Shown: positions 49,891 to 63,053, counted from the whole stretch's first letter. The stretch is DNA of 63,761 bases, filler included, from Rhabdomonas costata (GCA_019059605.1; 57 parts of 57 records of this genome joined end to end with filler, not necessarily neighbours in it), one strand, 5' to 3'. Program-made: numbers and translations. The notes: generated by a model from the letters alone, not told the origin.

Positions 49891-52800
49891 AAATATCCAT
49901 TTGCAGAATGTTCGGAACCACAAAAACACGGTGAGCAAACACATCAAGTAGTAATATGCATACGGCAAGGATAAGATTGCGAGTGTGTGTGTGTGGGGGG
50001 GGTGTGCGATAATGGAAAGTACTTACACCTGAGCGAATCGCATAATCTGAGAGGAAATCGATGAAGAGCAAGAGGTGCGGGGAGGAAGCAGAAACGAAGA
50101 AACCGTGGATGAGAGAGGAGCGACAAAACAACAAAAAGACTTTTTCGGACAATTTATTACCAAGGTTTGAGACCGTTTCTTCGGCTGTTGATTTTCGGGC
50201 GGACCGGTTACCCCCTTGCTGTGATGCCTGAGGGTAGGCAATCAGGGTGTGCAATGGGAATTTGAATGAAGTAGCCAGAAGCAAGTAAAGAGCGACTCTG
50301 GATTGAAGGGAGGAGGGGTAAAACCCACANNNNNNNNNNNNNNNNNNNNNNNNNNNNNNNNNNNNNNNNNNNNTTAATTAATTAANNNNNNNNNNNNNNN
50401 NNNNNNNNNNNNNNNNNNNNNNNNNNNNNGGTTGGAGGGCACTGGGATTTCAGTGGTTCGCATGGGGTAAGTGGTGGTTGACGCCTGATCCATGAGACTT
50501 CTATTATTTGCAGGAGTTTAGAAGGTGATGGATGCACTGAAATCCCAGTGCCCTCCAACCTCGGGCCAGTAGCTTACTAAAGTTGAAAGTAGATTTGAAA
50601 GTTGAAAGTAGATTTGCTGATGCCACTAAAATTCCTTTGCCAGTGCCACTTTTTCGCTGGAGCGGGAAAATCTTGATGGAAGTTTTCTGTCGCAGCGTTG
50701 GCGCACCCAGAGACTTCTTGAAATGAATTATTCCCCGCGAAAAAACCACTAAGACAAAAGAACCTGAAAGAGATGACCTGCCTGGGGCCGCCCAAATATG
50801 GCGCGCGTCATGTCAAAATTGAGAGTTACAGCCGAAGCGATAATTATGCAACAACTGACCATGGAACCTCAAAGGCGAGGTGTGATGACCATCATAAGGC
50901 CGTTTAATGTCCAAAAGTAGGCTGAAAATTCCAAAAGCAACCCGTGCCGTGAGAGAAAACCGTGCAACTATGACGCCTTTTCAGTGCTCCGATCGCAAAG
51001 ATACCTGCTCCTAACAACCATGCTGTTAAAAATGCAACCTTTGAACAGACATTCCACAGCACACTTTTTTCTGGGAAATATCACTGGGATCACGGGGAGC
51101 TAACTGGGGTTTCGTGAGAAACCGGTACTTTTGTAAAGAATTCCAAGTCATCGAAGATAAACCTACCCCCCCACACACACACAGCGCAACCTTCTGCCTT
51201 CGGTCACGGGCGCCTTGACTGTAAAATAATCTCCCGGTCTATTGGTCTGCTTTCCCGGCCTTAAATCTTCATGCAGGAACTGTGACCACCCTGCCTCTCA
51301 CTCATCTTTGGACGACGCTCGGTAGCCTTTGCTATCGACCCCTCGGATATAACGGATTTAACCCAATATCACTTGTACGGTAAAATCGCCTCCCTTAGAT
51401 TCTATCTCGAAAAATTCACTTTAACCAACCACCCCACACACACCCAACANNNNNNNNNNNNNNNNNNNNNNNNNNNNNNNNNNNNNNNNNNNNTTAATTA
51501 ATTAANNNNNNNNNNNNNNNNNNNNNNNNNNNNNNNNNNNNNNNNNNNNTGTTGTGCACATACCTTTCGCTTTTTCACGGCAGACAAGAGGTTTTGAGTT
51601 TCCCTTATCACCAGCCAGTGCACTGTGGGTGAGTATATGTGTGGGTGGGTAGATGAGGGTGGATGCTGGGCCCGCACACCCAGCAACGAAGCTTGGGCGT
51701 CAGAGGGGGCCAGCTGAGGTGCAGCTTGGGCGTTCGAGGGGAAGGACGCCGGAAAACCCGGTGATGACATCCCAGCCATCACAGGGGGCGTGACCTGGAT
51801 AGGGATGGCTGACACACCTGTGTATGATCATCAGAGAGTGCAAGAGGTCGTGCAACAATTGACATCCAATTGTGAAGGTGTGGTGAGGGCGGTGCTTGTG
51901 CCAGTGCTTCCGTCTCCTGTTCAGTGCAGAGCTTTGTTGCTGTGCCTTTTTGCCGGGCTTTTCTGTCAAATCCCTTTCAGCGGTACTTTTTTTTCTTACA
52001 AAACCGGCACCCGGTGCCATTTGAAAGGATTGAAAAGCAGGGGTTGGTGTGGGTAGGTCTCGTGAGCGCGCAGCTGGTCATATGCCCTTGCTGCGTGTCT
52101 GACAAAGACCTTCCCCTTCCATGGATCCAGAACAGTTGCCCGGTTCGTGCATCTGCGCGCGCGTTGTTTGGAACTCCACCTCACTCAGCCACACTCAGTG
52201 CGTACCCTCATCACGGGAAAGGAGGGGGGGGGCCACTGCGATAGCAATGAAAAGGACAGAAAAACGTCGTGTAACCTTCAAAATATTTACAAACATACCA
52301 CAGCCACAGCAACAAGCAAATCAGGGGACTTGACCCACACAGGCGGTAAACGCGTAGTACCCCGGCATGCACGTGGCGTGGGCTTAGCAAGAAAGCACCT
52401 TGGGCCATGGGCATGCACCTGTAGACTAAGATAGCAGACAGCACTCCGACCCCCAAGACGCATGTTAGATTTCTTCGTGTGTTGGTGTTCTCCTCGTATT
52501 CGCGTCTGCGTGTTGGCATGCGTTTGGCAAAACCGCATGTTCATGTGGCTGCCTTCATCACAACCCCCCNNNNNNNNNNNNNNNNNNNNNNNNNNNNNNN
52601 NNNNNNNNNNNNNTTAATTAATTAANNNNNNNNNNNNNNNNNNNNNNNNNNNNNNNNNNNNNNNNNNNNGGTGCATTTCTGGCTCGTTGTTGCCCCCCTT
52701 TCTCGCTGCTGTAATATCAGTCCACAGCTCTTCGGAAAGCGTACCAGAAAGCTTCGTATGCCTGCGTGCCGGGATTCGTGATAATGAAGCCAAGTCGGAA

Positions 52801-53863
52801 TTAACTCAAATGGGCAAAATATTTATACTAGTCATTTCTCGATGGGCGGGTCACGCTTGATGAGTTCAAGCTCCTTGATTCGCTTATGCCTTCGGCCGCA
52901 CTCGGACACAGTTTGGAGTTACAGAAGTTTGGACGGGGAGGGGGGATTTCGTTTTTTCACGCATATTGTCTGATTGAAATGAGCCTGTGGTTGTTTTAGG
53001 ACCTTTTTGCGTGGGTGAATCAGGCGCCGTTCTCTTACTTACAAAGACAATGGTTGCTTTTAGGGAAAAATCAACATGGAAGAAAAATGTTCCATGTGAT
53101 GTGTGTCTTTCCTCAGAGGGACTTGACTGTTTGCCATTTGCGTAAAAAGAATTTGGTCTCACTGTTGAGATGAAACGCCATATTTTCCGCAGTGATCGCA
53201 TGCCTTAGATTGTTCACCAGGTGTGAGCCATCGTCCCTGCACAGTAGCTGCCCCACCAAAGAGGGAATTTGGAGTGCAGTTTTGAGGGGGATTGTCGAAG
53301 ACCCTTCTGTGGGTTCCTTTCGTTTTCGGCCTGGTTGCGTTTTTGTCCGCTTTCGTTTCTTCGTTGCTGTGAATAGCGTTCGTGCTGCCTCCTGAGGAGG
53401 TCACCGACATCCTCGAGTGGCACAGGAGAAGCGTGGGCGTGGGCGGCGAGCAGTAACCTCATTGGGGATTGGTAGTGCTGTCAAGTTCGGGACGCTGCAT
53501 GCGGTTCCTTCCTCAAGAGCCCCCTGTCATGCTGCATTGCGTTTTCACTGCTGTTTCATGCTTGTGGTTGTGGTTGTGGATGACAATCGTCGCTGGCGGA
53601 CTCGCGCCCAGAGGTTAGTATCTGTGATGTCCGCAGAGTTTTGGGCAGTAGAAGCTTCTACTACCCAAAACCCCAACCACACCCAACACNNNNNNNNNNN
53701 NNNNNNNNNNNNNNNNNNNNNNNNNNNNNNNNNTTAATTAATTAANNNNNNNNNNNNNNNNNNNNNNNNNNNNNNNNNNNNNNNNNNNNCAATCGTGCAT
53801 TGGCGTCTTGTGCATGTTCATGGCTGTCCGTGCCTCGTTATCGATTTGTGAAACACAAAGCAG

Positions 53864-54809
53864 GCTTTTGAGAGCAACACAGATAGTCTCCCGGGAAGCG
53901 CAGGAAAAGCTGGCCCGTCGTTGGTCGTGGCACGGGCATGGGTTGACGCTGTGCTGCGCCACGAGCTGCAGACTGGCTCCGAGGCTGATGTGGAGCAAAT
54001 GCTGGCGCTGGCCCAGACCGCTCTGGTGCAGTGGGACCTAGAGGAAGGTATTCCCCATCCGATGTCTGGCGCAACCGTACGCTCTTTGTGTCACAATAAT
54101 GTGGTGGTTCTTCCGGGGATCCACGCGGAGAGCAATCTTATCTGGATGTTTTCTTGGTTGCTTGTACTTTTGCATGAAAATTTCCTCGTTTGGGGGAACC
54201 TATGCTTTTGTTACTTCAATGCAACCCTCCTACCATTGATTTGTCTTGTCAGCACTTCGCCACTGTCTTAATCATGATAATTACCCTTGATAATACTATC
54301 ATATTGCAGCTGAGCAGCCACCGTCCATTCCTTTGGCGAACCACGCCAAGCCGCCTTCAGTGGAGTGGGCAGTCAGCACAGACGTGATCCATTCCTACCT
54401 CCTCAACCGAGTGATGGCCCTTGGGGCGTACTCGGCCCTTGCCAAGCTGTATCAGTGGTGCTCCAGCCTTGCCCCCATCGACGGCCTTTCTCCCAGTGAG
54501 GGCTCTGGGCTCAGTCAGTGGCTGGACATGTGCCCGGCCTCCATTCAAGACTCGCTGGACTCCCGTGACCTGGTGGAGTTCTTGCAGCGGGGCCTGAGCA
54601 CTGAGGAAACCGAGCAGGAGCATTCTGGGCTGCTTAGGGCTTTGCTCCCTTGGGCGGAGTTTGTCGGGGAGTTCGACCTCACCTGCAGCCCCCTTCAGCC
54701 GAAAGAGGGCTCTTCTCTCCTGAGGAACGCCTTTGTTGGGCCTCTGCTGCGAGTGCCCTGGGAAGACAGCAGCGGGGAATCAACGGAAGTGGCTGAGGCC
54801 CACCAAAAC
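53864..54809 (+). CDS. Two exons (53864-54047, 54310 to contig end) of a hypothetical helical protein
   Basis: Phase-1 GT-AG intron (G|gtattc...ttgcag|CT) joins two open GC-rich frames. Confidence 0.65.
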
Positions 54810-54988
54810 NNNNNNNNNNNNNNNNNNNNNNNNNNNNNNNNNNNNNNNNNNNNTTAATTAATTAANNNNNNNNNNNNNNNNNNNNNNNNNNNNNNNNNNN
54901 NNNNNNNNNCCGCATAGAAAGTGAGATGGTGTGGTTTTTCGACACTTCTGATATTCAGTGGGGATTGCTGTTCTGTGTTCAGCCCCAG

Positions 54989-55066
54989 GCCAGCTCACCC
55001 GCCGCCTGCGGGGTGGAAGTGGCCGAGCTCAGGGCGGAGGTGGCAACGCTCCGCGAGGACAAGCAG
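54989..55066 (+). CDS. Short coiled-coil exon
   Basis: AG acceptor and donor CAG|gtctgc; EVAELRAEVATLREDKQ. Confidence 0.5.
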
Positions 55067-56358
55067 GTCTGCACTGACACCTCTGAGGCACGGTGCGTCT
55101 GAAACTTGCATGGGGTACGAGACCTGCTGACTTTTCCTCAATGGAGAGTGGCAAGATAGAAGCCAGCAGGTGCAAAAGATGGTAATTCTCTCAGCGGAGG
55201 GACGGGCGGCGCCCCATCCCGGGGGCTATTCCAGAGCTGTTGTGCTTCGGTTGGGCAGGGCGGGATTCAGAGTTGCGCCATTTATTTGTGGCAATCCAGT
55301 AGGGCAATTCTATTTTTTGGGGGGGTCCAAACCAGACACATTTTTTGGGGTATGTTATTTTTAATGCTCGGGGGTTAGGTAAACTGAGGCAACCTCTAAG
55401 TGCTGTTTCCGACCCCAACTGCCGTTAACACAAACACATTTCACGCTGTCTCACGTCGCACAAATTCCAGCAATCATTTATATTTTGTGGCCACCCACCC
55501 TCCCTCCCCACGATTGCGAAATGAGGTCGCGCCTACGCGTTGTGGGCAACAGTGATGAGTGAAGCTTTTGCACTCTACCTTTTGTGGTGGAAGGAAACGG
55601 ACGTTTCCGAAAGAAGCCAGCAAAATAGGGTTAGGCAAACGGTTTTCTCCCCGTAGACAGCAGTGCCAAACGTTAAATGCCCCCCCAAAAAATACAAGAG
55701 GCCCACTTCTGGGTGTCAACAGGAGGTGCTTCCGGTGCCTATTCCGGTGCAGGAGCTCAGAAGGAACAAGCATTATTTAGTGCTAAACATTTAATGCCCC
55801 CCCCACACACACACAAAGAATGCAAGAGGTCCCAAGCAAACTTTCGAATCACACATCGTTCACCTCACTGATTCTTCACAGACACGCACTGCACATATTT
55901 GGAATCACACCAGCTCATTACTCNNNNNNNNNNNNNNNNNNNNNNNNNNNNNNNNNNNNNNNNNNNNTTAATTAATTAANNNNNNNNNNNNNNNNNNNNN
56001 NNNNNNNNNNNNNNNNNNNNNNNGTTTGTGTTGAAAAAGGGGAAAGCGAAAGAAAACCCTTTCCAATATCTCTGCAAAGACCTTTTCTAACACAAACGCG
56101 CGCTCGGACCAGGAAAAAATTGCGTTTTTTCTCCCCATGAACTCTTGCCTTTCTCAGTCTTCTCAGTGCCAGTTGTTAAGTAATGGAGTCGGATGGGGGA
56201 GGACGTTACAGTTGCACGCAGAAGAGACAAACGAGGCCAAAGGCACCGCCAAAATTCCCAGTTCCAGTCCCAGCTGAGTTGAGTTCAAGAGCGGCGAGCA
56301 GCACTCGATAGAAGCAGAGCAAAATAAGGGGCCCAGTGGAGCGATCGAGGTCACATGC

Positions 56359-56530
56359 CGATGACTTCAGGGATGCCCGAACCAGCGGCAGCCATGCTGA
56401 AGAAAACGACGGGAATGGCCGCCAGCAGGGCCAGCCCGGCGCCCATACCCGTCAGCCGCACCCCGGCCTCCCACATCGCGGATAAGCTTTGCGGGCGGAG
56501 GTACCGATGCAGCAGGTGCAGCCGGGCTTC
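56359..56530 (-). CDS. CLC chloride channel/antiporter exon
   Basis: Transmembrane helix followed by the AAAGSGIPEV selectivity-filter signature; probable donor G|gcatgt. Confidence 0.9.
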
Positions 56531-56546
56531 CTTCACGAAAGAAGAC

Positions 56547-56663
56547 AGATACATAGATGGAGAGATCGATGGATGGATCGATGGACAGATGGAAAGATAA
56601 ATGGATCGATGGATAGATAAATGGATCGATGGATCGATGGAAAGATGGATGAATCGATGGATG
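56547..56663 (+). repeat. Degenerate GATG/GATA/GATC tetranucleotide microsatellite in the CLC intron
   Basis: Seen directly. Confidence 0.85.
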
Positions 56664-57215
56664 GGGAGGGTGGAAGAAGCACTGAAAAAAAGCATGAAGA
56701 AGCAGGGCCGGTGCAGAGATGGTGATCAGGCAGTGACCAGGTTCGACAGCGGAAGTCACGGGGTTTAGAAAACTTCACAACAGGCCACCTCGCAGGGAGA
56801 TGAGACGTCGTACAAAAGATAAATCACCCCCACCAGGGAAAAAGGCAGATCCGTGAAACCAAAAACTCGATTCAAAAAGGGCAAAAAAAAAGTGCTAAAA
56901 ATACGCAAAAGAGAAAGGACGGTCAAGAGGAAAACGCGCTTGCGCTTCTCTGGGTATTCCCTGCACATATATTCCAGTGCGTAATAGTACCTCAAAGGCG
57001 TGGATGCTCTGCTTCAGGGTGAAGCAAATCAGACCGACCAGCANNNNNNNNNNNNNNNNNNNNNNNNNNNNNNNNNNNNNNNNNNNNTTAATTAATTAAN
57101 NNNNNNNNNNNNNNNNNNNNNNNNNNNNNNNNNNNNNNNNNNNGGGGGGGGGGCATAGCGCAGCACCCCAACGCTCCTTCGGAGACAAAACACGCACAGT
57201 GAGGCGCATACTTGC

Positions 57216-58122
57216 TCGCCGAGGATGTGGCCTTCTCCTGGTGCCGCGCCGCACGGCGCTGCTCCTTGGACAGCCCCTGGCCAAAGGATAGAAAACGGAA
57301 ACGAAAACCGCAGACAACGTGCTCTGGAGGAGGCAATTCCAAACAAGCAGATTTCAATTCGCAGCCCATCAGAAGAGTAACGCTGCGAGTACACATACCT
57401 CGCGGCCTTTGTAATTCCGCAAGAAACCAGTCAGAGGTCTCGGTGCGGTACAGCCCTAAAACGCTGCAGCGGCAAATCATGCTGGTGCACCCTGCGCTCG
57501 CAAGACCCTCACAACACATACTGTATGTATAATGGAGCAAATGGAGCAAACACTGGCACGCAGAATGAGAAAAGCGGCGCAATGAAGCAATGAAGAGGTC
57601 AAACCTCGGCCTTCACAGAATTCGAGCCATCAGCAGCCGCTGGAGCTGTGGACGAGCCTGTATGCGAAGGGGCGTTGGGCTGGAAGATGGGGAGAGGTTG
57701 GCTGGAAGGTCGAAAGTGAAATCCCTGCCAGTCGCAGAAAGCCATTCGGAACCAAAGAACTGAGTGTGTCTGCCCTCACAAATCGTTTCAGGTTAAAAGG
57801 CAATGCAAGCAAAAAAAGAGCAAACAACGGGCACATGGAAAGCAACCCAACGTTCCCACTGCGTCCTGCACTTCTGTTAATTGGATTTGCCACAAGTGAA
57901 ACCGCTGCGGACCACGCTTGAGAGACCTGCCCCACCGCTCACGCACAACGAGGGTGTGAGGAGGCATGGCGGGGGGGGGGCATGGGCACCAGCCTCCGGT
58001 GCCGCCCGGGCTCGCTGCAGATGCCAGCCCTTCAGCAAAGTCCGCACGCTTCGAAGCACTGTCAAGAGGTCGTCGGACTCGGTGAAGGCCACCTTGATCT
58101 CCGTCACCACTTCAGGAAAGCC
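57216..58122 (-). CDS. Two probable exons of a hypothetical protein (about 57990-58122 and 57216-57276); intervening exons uncertain
   Basis: AG acceptors; GFPEVVTEIKVAFTESDDLLTVLRSVRTLL and GLSKEQRRAARHQEK; the second donor is A|gcaagt. Confidence 0.45.
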
Positions 58123-58750
58123 CTGTCCCGAAAACCACAGCCAATTCGGAAACCCCAACACACNNNNNNNNNNNNNNNNNNNNNNNNNNNNNNNNNNNNN
58201 NNNNNNNTTAATTAATTAANNNNNNNNNNNNNNNNNNNNNNNNNNNNNNNNNNNNNNNNNNNNGTTTTGGTGTGCACTGAGGAGGGGGTGTTTGGAGTCA
58301 TGTGGATACTCCTGGGAAGGAGTGGGGGAGAGAACTCCTGTAATATGGATACTCAAGCCTTATTGGAAAGGGTCACTGGTTACTGGAAAGGGTCACAATA
58401 GCAGCAATGAATTGTTCACTGTGCAGGGATCACCATGCACAGAAGAGAAATGTGAGGGGGAAGCGTGGGTCGGGTCGGGTCCGGAAAGGAAAGGGAAAAA
58501 ACAACCCGTAAATTGTTCATCCCCAGTGACATAACGGTAGTTTCTGTGTACATGCGTGTTGGGCATAATTCAGACAAATCACAGCACCAGCAAAGGATTC
58601 CGACAGAGCCCAGCTGCAAACATCTCGAATTTCGGTCAACCGTAAAGTAATTTCGCCTCAAATTGTTAACCAAAAAACGCCTTACAAATCGGGGCCAAAA
58701 AAAACATGCAAATCGTGTGAAAAACTCAGAAGGGGAGGAGGCTTGCATGC

Positions 58751-58924
58751 CTCGGCAAGCTGGTGGCGCTGGGGGTTCACGCAAGGGGTCTGGGAGCTCA
58801 GCATGAGCTTCACCCGGCCATGGATGCTCAGCCCCAGGTCCGTGTCCGAGATCTCGCCCTCCCGCCCGGTCAACTCCACCACAACCCAGAACATCACCAT
58901 CCCCTCCGCGTCCAGAGTCGCGAT
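58751..58924 (-). CDS. WDR60: Exon of dynein-2 intermediate chain WDR60/DYNC2I1 (FAP163)
   Basis: IATLDAEGMVMFWVVVEL...SDTDLGLSIHGRVKL fits the recalled WDR60 motif IASLDExG..xWVVVEL...DLGLxPGGRVKL; 174 nt, donor GAG|gcatgc. Confidence 0.85.
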
Positions 58925-59628
58925 CTACGTGCGCCCGTACATATCAGTTGGGGTGTCAAAAAACAGATCCTCGTGCGGCCACTGTCACATACCCAAGTCA
59001 GCTCGAATCCATACTTTATGGACTTCCGCGCTACTGAGTGGAAAAGGCGACTCTCGTTCCCCACCTCAACTTGGGCGTACCCTGTCAAACTGGGACGCAG
59101 GATTTGTCGACCTCGCAGACACCATAATCCTAGTCTCGCCCAGCTTTGAGGCGAAGATTCAGCTCGTAAATCCAGACGCATAAAAGCAAGGCATTTAATA
59201 CGTCGCGTGGCGACTCCGATGAGTCCGATGGCAACTCAGATGTCTCCGGTGGCGACTCCGACAATTCGGGACTCGATTCTGATNNNNNNNNNNNNNNNNN
59301 NNNNNNNNNNNNNNNNNNNNNNNNNNNTTAATTAATTAANNNNNNNNNNNNNNNNNNNNNNNNNNNNNNNNNNNNNNNNNNNNTTGTGTGCGCACGTCTT
59401 CTCGATGGACATATCTAGAGCGGAGAGAAAACACTCACCCTCGTCTCGGATGCGGGCATTGACGAGGGTGAGTGTTTTCTCTCCGCTCTAGATATGTCCA
59501 TCGAGAAGACGTGCGCACAAAACAGCCTTGAGCATCCCCTGCATCCGTGAAGATAGTCAAACATCACAGCTCTGCGGTTTGCATTAGCCGTTCCATTGCA
59601 CATTGTCATCGTATGGTGGTCTCCTCAG

Positions 59629-59777
59629 GGGCTCAGGCGCTGTCCTCCATGAGCCAATCTCCCACCCTGAGGACGCTGGTCTGGGACCTGCAGGGTAACC
59701 GAATAGGCGACGATGGTGCGGATTTCCTCTCCAACCTTCGCACCTGCTCCACCATCACGAAACTCCACCTCAACCTG
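59629..59777 (+). CDS. RNI-like LRR exon
   Basis: GAQALS...TLRTLVWDLQGNRIGDDGADFLSNL...ITKLHLNL; AG and GT boundaries. Confidence 0.75.
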
Positions 59778-60512
59778 GTGTGCAGCGTGGCTTTGTAACA
59801 CCTTGTGTATTTTTCGCCTCCCACCTCACCCCTCCGAGCTCGTGCTTGGGTCGAGTGATGGATACATCCACCAGGTGGATGCGCTGTGCGTCTTCTGTTT
59901 TGGAGGTGCCTTGTCGCTGGGCATTCACCGTGTTGTTGCATTTGTGGAGCCGCTCTTAACAAGGCGCAGCTGGAAGTCGTTCAAGGACGCTCGTGCGCCC
60001 TCCTCGGCGGACCCACCCCGCTTAAGGAAAGTTTACGGGCACAAGAAGGCGAAGCCGAAGCAGGCCCGGAGTCTTTTGTATATGCAATGGGCGCTGCGTG
60101 GCCGGCCGTTGCACCCTCCGCCCGTTCCCCTTGACGGGTCTTCCTTTTTCTCTTGTGCCACTTCTCTCCCCAGCGCAGCGGAGGGTTTATCTGGGCGCAA
60201 AAAAATGGCATCCGTCCACGAATGGAGGTGGGAGGTATGAAAACGAGTATTCTTTCCAGGCCAGCAGGGCAAGATGTTTTAGGGTTGGGTTCTGTCGGGT
60301 TCGGTAGACGTTCCCCCATGGTTGGTTCGTGAGGAGTGCGAAAGTCTGGGACGCTCAAGAGTGTTTCCAGACTTTCATCACCATACGTTACCACAACACC
60401 CCCNNNNNNNNNNNNNNNNNNNNNNNNNNNNNNNNNNNNNNNNNNNNTTAATTAATTAANNNNNNNNNNNNNNNNNNNNNNNNNNNNNNNNNNNNNNNNN
60501 NNNGGGTGTTGG

Positions 60513-60536
60513 GATTAGGGTTAGGGTTAGGGTTAG
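60513..60536 (+). repeat. Short TTAGGG run at the contig start
   Basis: gattagggttagggttagggttag. Confidence 0.85.
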
Positions 60537-61789
60537 CACCTCCACCAGGTGCACCTCTAGCTAGGTGGCCCTCCAGGTTAGATCCAGGCATGAAGGAACG
60601 ATGGAGCGCAGCGACCGAGAGACAAGCATAGAAGGAACGAACGAGCTGATGCGAGTGAGTTTCAGAACCCCAATATCCTGAGAAGTGAACTAACGGACCG
60701 CATCGCGGGGAGCGAGTGAACCATCATGCATGTAGGGAGGAACGACCGGAACGCAGTGGATGGAAGTGACGACCAGCAAAGAAACACTCTAAGCCCCCAA
60801 GACATCCTAAGGCAGCACGTAGGCATGGTCGTAAGGGCATGCCGTAGTAGAGTGCCCACGAGTGGAGGATGGGAGTGCGTCGGAGTCATGCATCAGGGTA
60901 AGGTTACGCTTTCTCTCTCACTCTCAGAAGGTAAAGGCATCAGGGTACGTAGCGATGGTCGGAAGGGCATCGCGTAGTAGAAGGCACCGCAGGTAGAAGA
61001 CAGAACCCCTCAGCCACTCTTCCGACACACACTCAACGCTGGTAGAAGGCATAAACACACAACACCCCTACCCTCACAGAATGCCTCGACGTCCACACCC
61101 CAAGAAACAAGAAGGCACCAAGAAACACGCATCACTCTTACACACCGTAGTACTCAGCTTGACATCGCAGTAACCACCACCCTCAGACTTCGACCCTACG
61201 CAGAAACAAGAACCCAAGACACCCTGACACCCCTCACTTCGAGACACATGCACTGTAGAAGCACTGGTAACACCAACATCACATCCACACACACACCCTG
61301 GCCCCAGAAATCCACACATCGTCAGAAATCCACGCACCCCTCCCACCACCATCAGCAACAACAAGCACAGGTCAAGCACTGGTAACAGAAGGCATAGCAA
61401 CAGAGACAGAAGGCGTAGAAACAGGCACCGTAAGACAGGAAGGCTGATACGTAGACACAGAAGGTATAGACATCGACACAGAAGGCGTACACACAGAAGG
61501 CATCGCTACAGACACAAAAACCCNNNNNNNNNNNNNNNNNNNNNNNNNNNNNNNNNNNNNNNNNNNNTTAATTAATTAANNNNNNNNNNNNNNNNNNNNN
61601 NNNNNNNNNNNNNNNNNNNNNNNGTGTGGAAACGCAGGGCATATAGTAGGTTTTGAGAGCTCAACCTCACCTCTGGAGACAGGCGCCCATCCTATCTACC
61701 GCCACAGATTGACCTCTCAAAACCTACTATATGCCCTGCGTTTCCATTTCCAACCGACACTTTGTGCTTCTCCTCCCTCTTTTCTCGGT

Positions 61790-61870
61790 GACTTGGTCTT
61801 CCGCTGGGGACATTCTCTGATGAAGTGCCCAAATTGGCCACAGTAGTGATAGGTGCAATCCTGAGGGTAG
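61790..61870 (-). mobile_element. Degenerate gag-type CCHC zinc knuckle (retroelement relic)
   Basis: TYHYCGQFGHFIRECP, with the first Cys position reading Tyr; surrounding frames are broken by stops. Confidence 0.6.
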
Positions 61871-63051
61871 CCATCTGTGGCTTGTATGTCGTCCTCCTGA
61901 TCATAGTGAGAAGGGTTTGTTGTCTCGGTGGGCGGGCGACCGTGGACTTTGGCTGCTCCGCTCAATGGCGCTCGTCCCAATGACTGTAACTGCTGGCAAA
62001 TGCGACTTTAGGCATTGTGTTGCTCCGTTAGTTGTAAAGCAGAAGTCGAGAGGCACCAAGTCCACGTGGTGCGTGTGACTGCATGGAAAACATACCATGG
62101 CCTCTCGTAGAGGGGTAAAACTTCACGGCGTCAATCTCCGTTAGAATTGGTGGTTGTACTGATGCAAACGCAGACTGAGGGGGTCTGCGGTAGGCTGAAT
62201 CACGTGCGTGACTCTGGAGGCTGGCTTTGTCTCCCTGAAAATTTCCAGTCAAATTTCGTAAGCGCCTTCATGACAGGGTTCTTCTTGGAAACGTTTTGAG
62301 CAAGCCAGGACTCCATGCATGAAATCAATAATCAAGTTGGGTCAGAGTGACAAGATTACTAATCCATGACAAAAACGTGGAAGCGCTTAGCTCAGTCGCT
62401 AACAGTGTGAGAGCACAGTCCATGCAAGGGCAAGCATGCGTATGAGCCCTCTCAACAGCACTGTTGTGGACCCAGTAGTAGGCCCAGTAGTAGGTAGTTT
62501 TAGGTGACCATTGTTTTATGGAGAGCCTTCAACCTTCTAATGCACCTCCAGTCTTTCCATTAATTTTCCGATTGCAAGACCGATTGGAAAATTAATGGAA
62601 AGACTGGAGGTGCATTAGAAGGTTGAAGGCTCTCCACAAACAANNNNNNNNNNNNNNNNNNNNNNNNNNNNNNNNNNNNNNNNNNNNTTAATTAATTAAN
62701 NNNNNNNNNNNNNNNNNNNNNNNNNNNNNNNNNNNNNNNNNNNGTGGGTTTGTGCCTGCCTGCCGTATTTCTCCCTCCCTCCTTCCTTCTCTGTGTGTAT
62801 CGTTGCAGAGCGGTGATGCGTAACCCCGACAAGCGGCCAGCCAGAGGGAGAATCAAGTTTCACAAGTGCAAAATTGTGTGTGTGTGTGTGTGTGTGCGCG
62901 CGCGCGTCACCATCTCTGATCTTCGCTTTTCCTATCCTTTGCTAACTGCTGTGCGCAACCCCGAAACCGTGTTTCTCCTGTGCAGGTTGTTTTTTGCAAA
63001 TTGCCTGTTGAGGTGGTTGTGTGTTTTATTTCCTCAAAAGGGCAGTCTTGC

Positions 63052-63053
<2 letters not shown>

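Noticed and set aside
23242..62636. Long perfect inverted repeats near 23242-23422, 36734-36883, 43726-43867, 45965-46108, 49098-49214, 50430-50560, 59388-59518, 61627-61726 and 62519-62636, as possible MITEs or miRNA hairpins
   Set aside because: Each has one arm at a contig end, no TSD was seen, the sequences are unrelated to each other, and one duplicates a kelch exon-intron junction; typical amplification fold-back chimeras.
1022..62743. Regularly spaced identical TTAATTAATTAA units resembling an array or CRISPR
   Set aside because: Artificial linker embedded in N runs; the intervening pieces are independent contigs.
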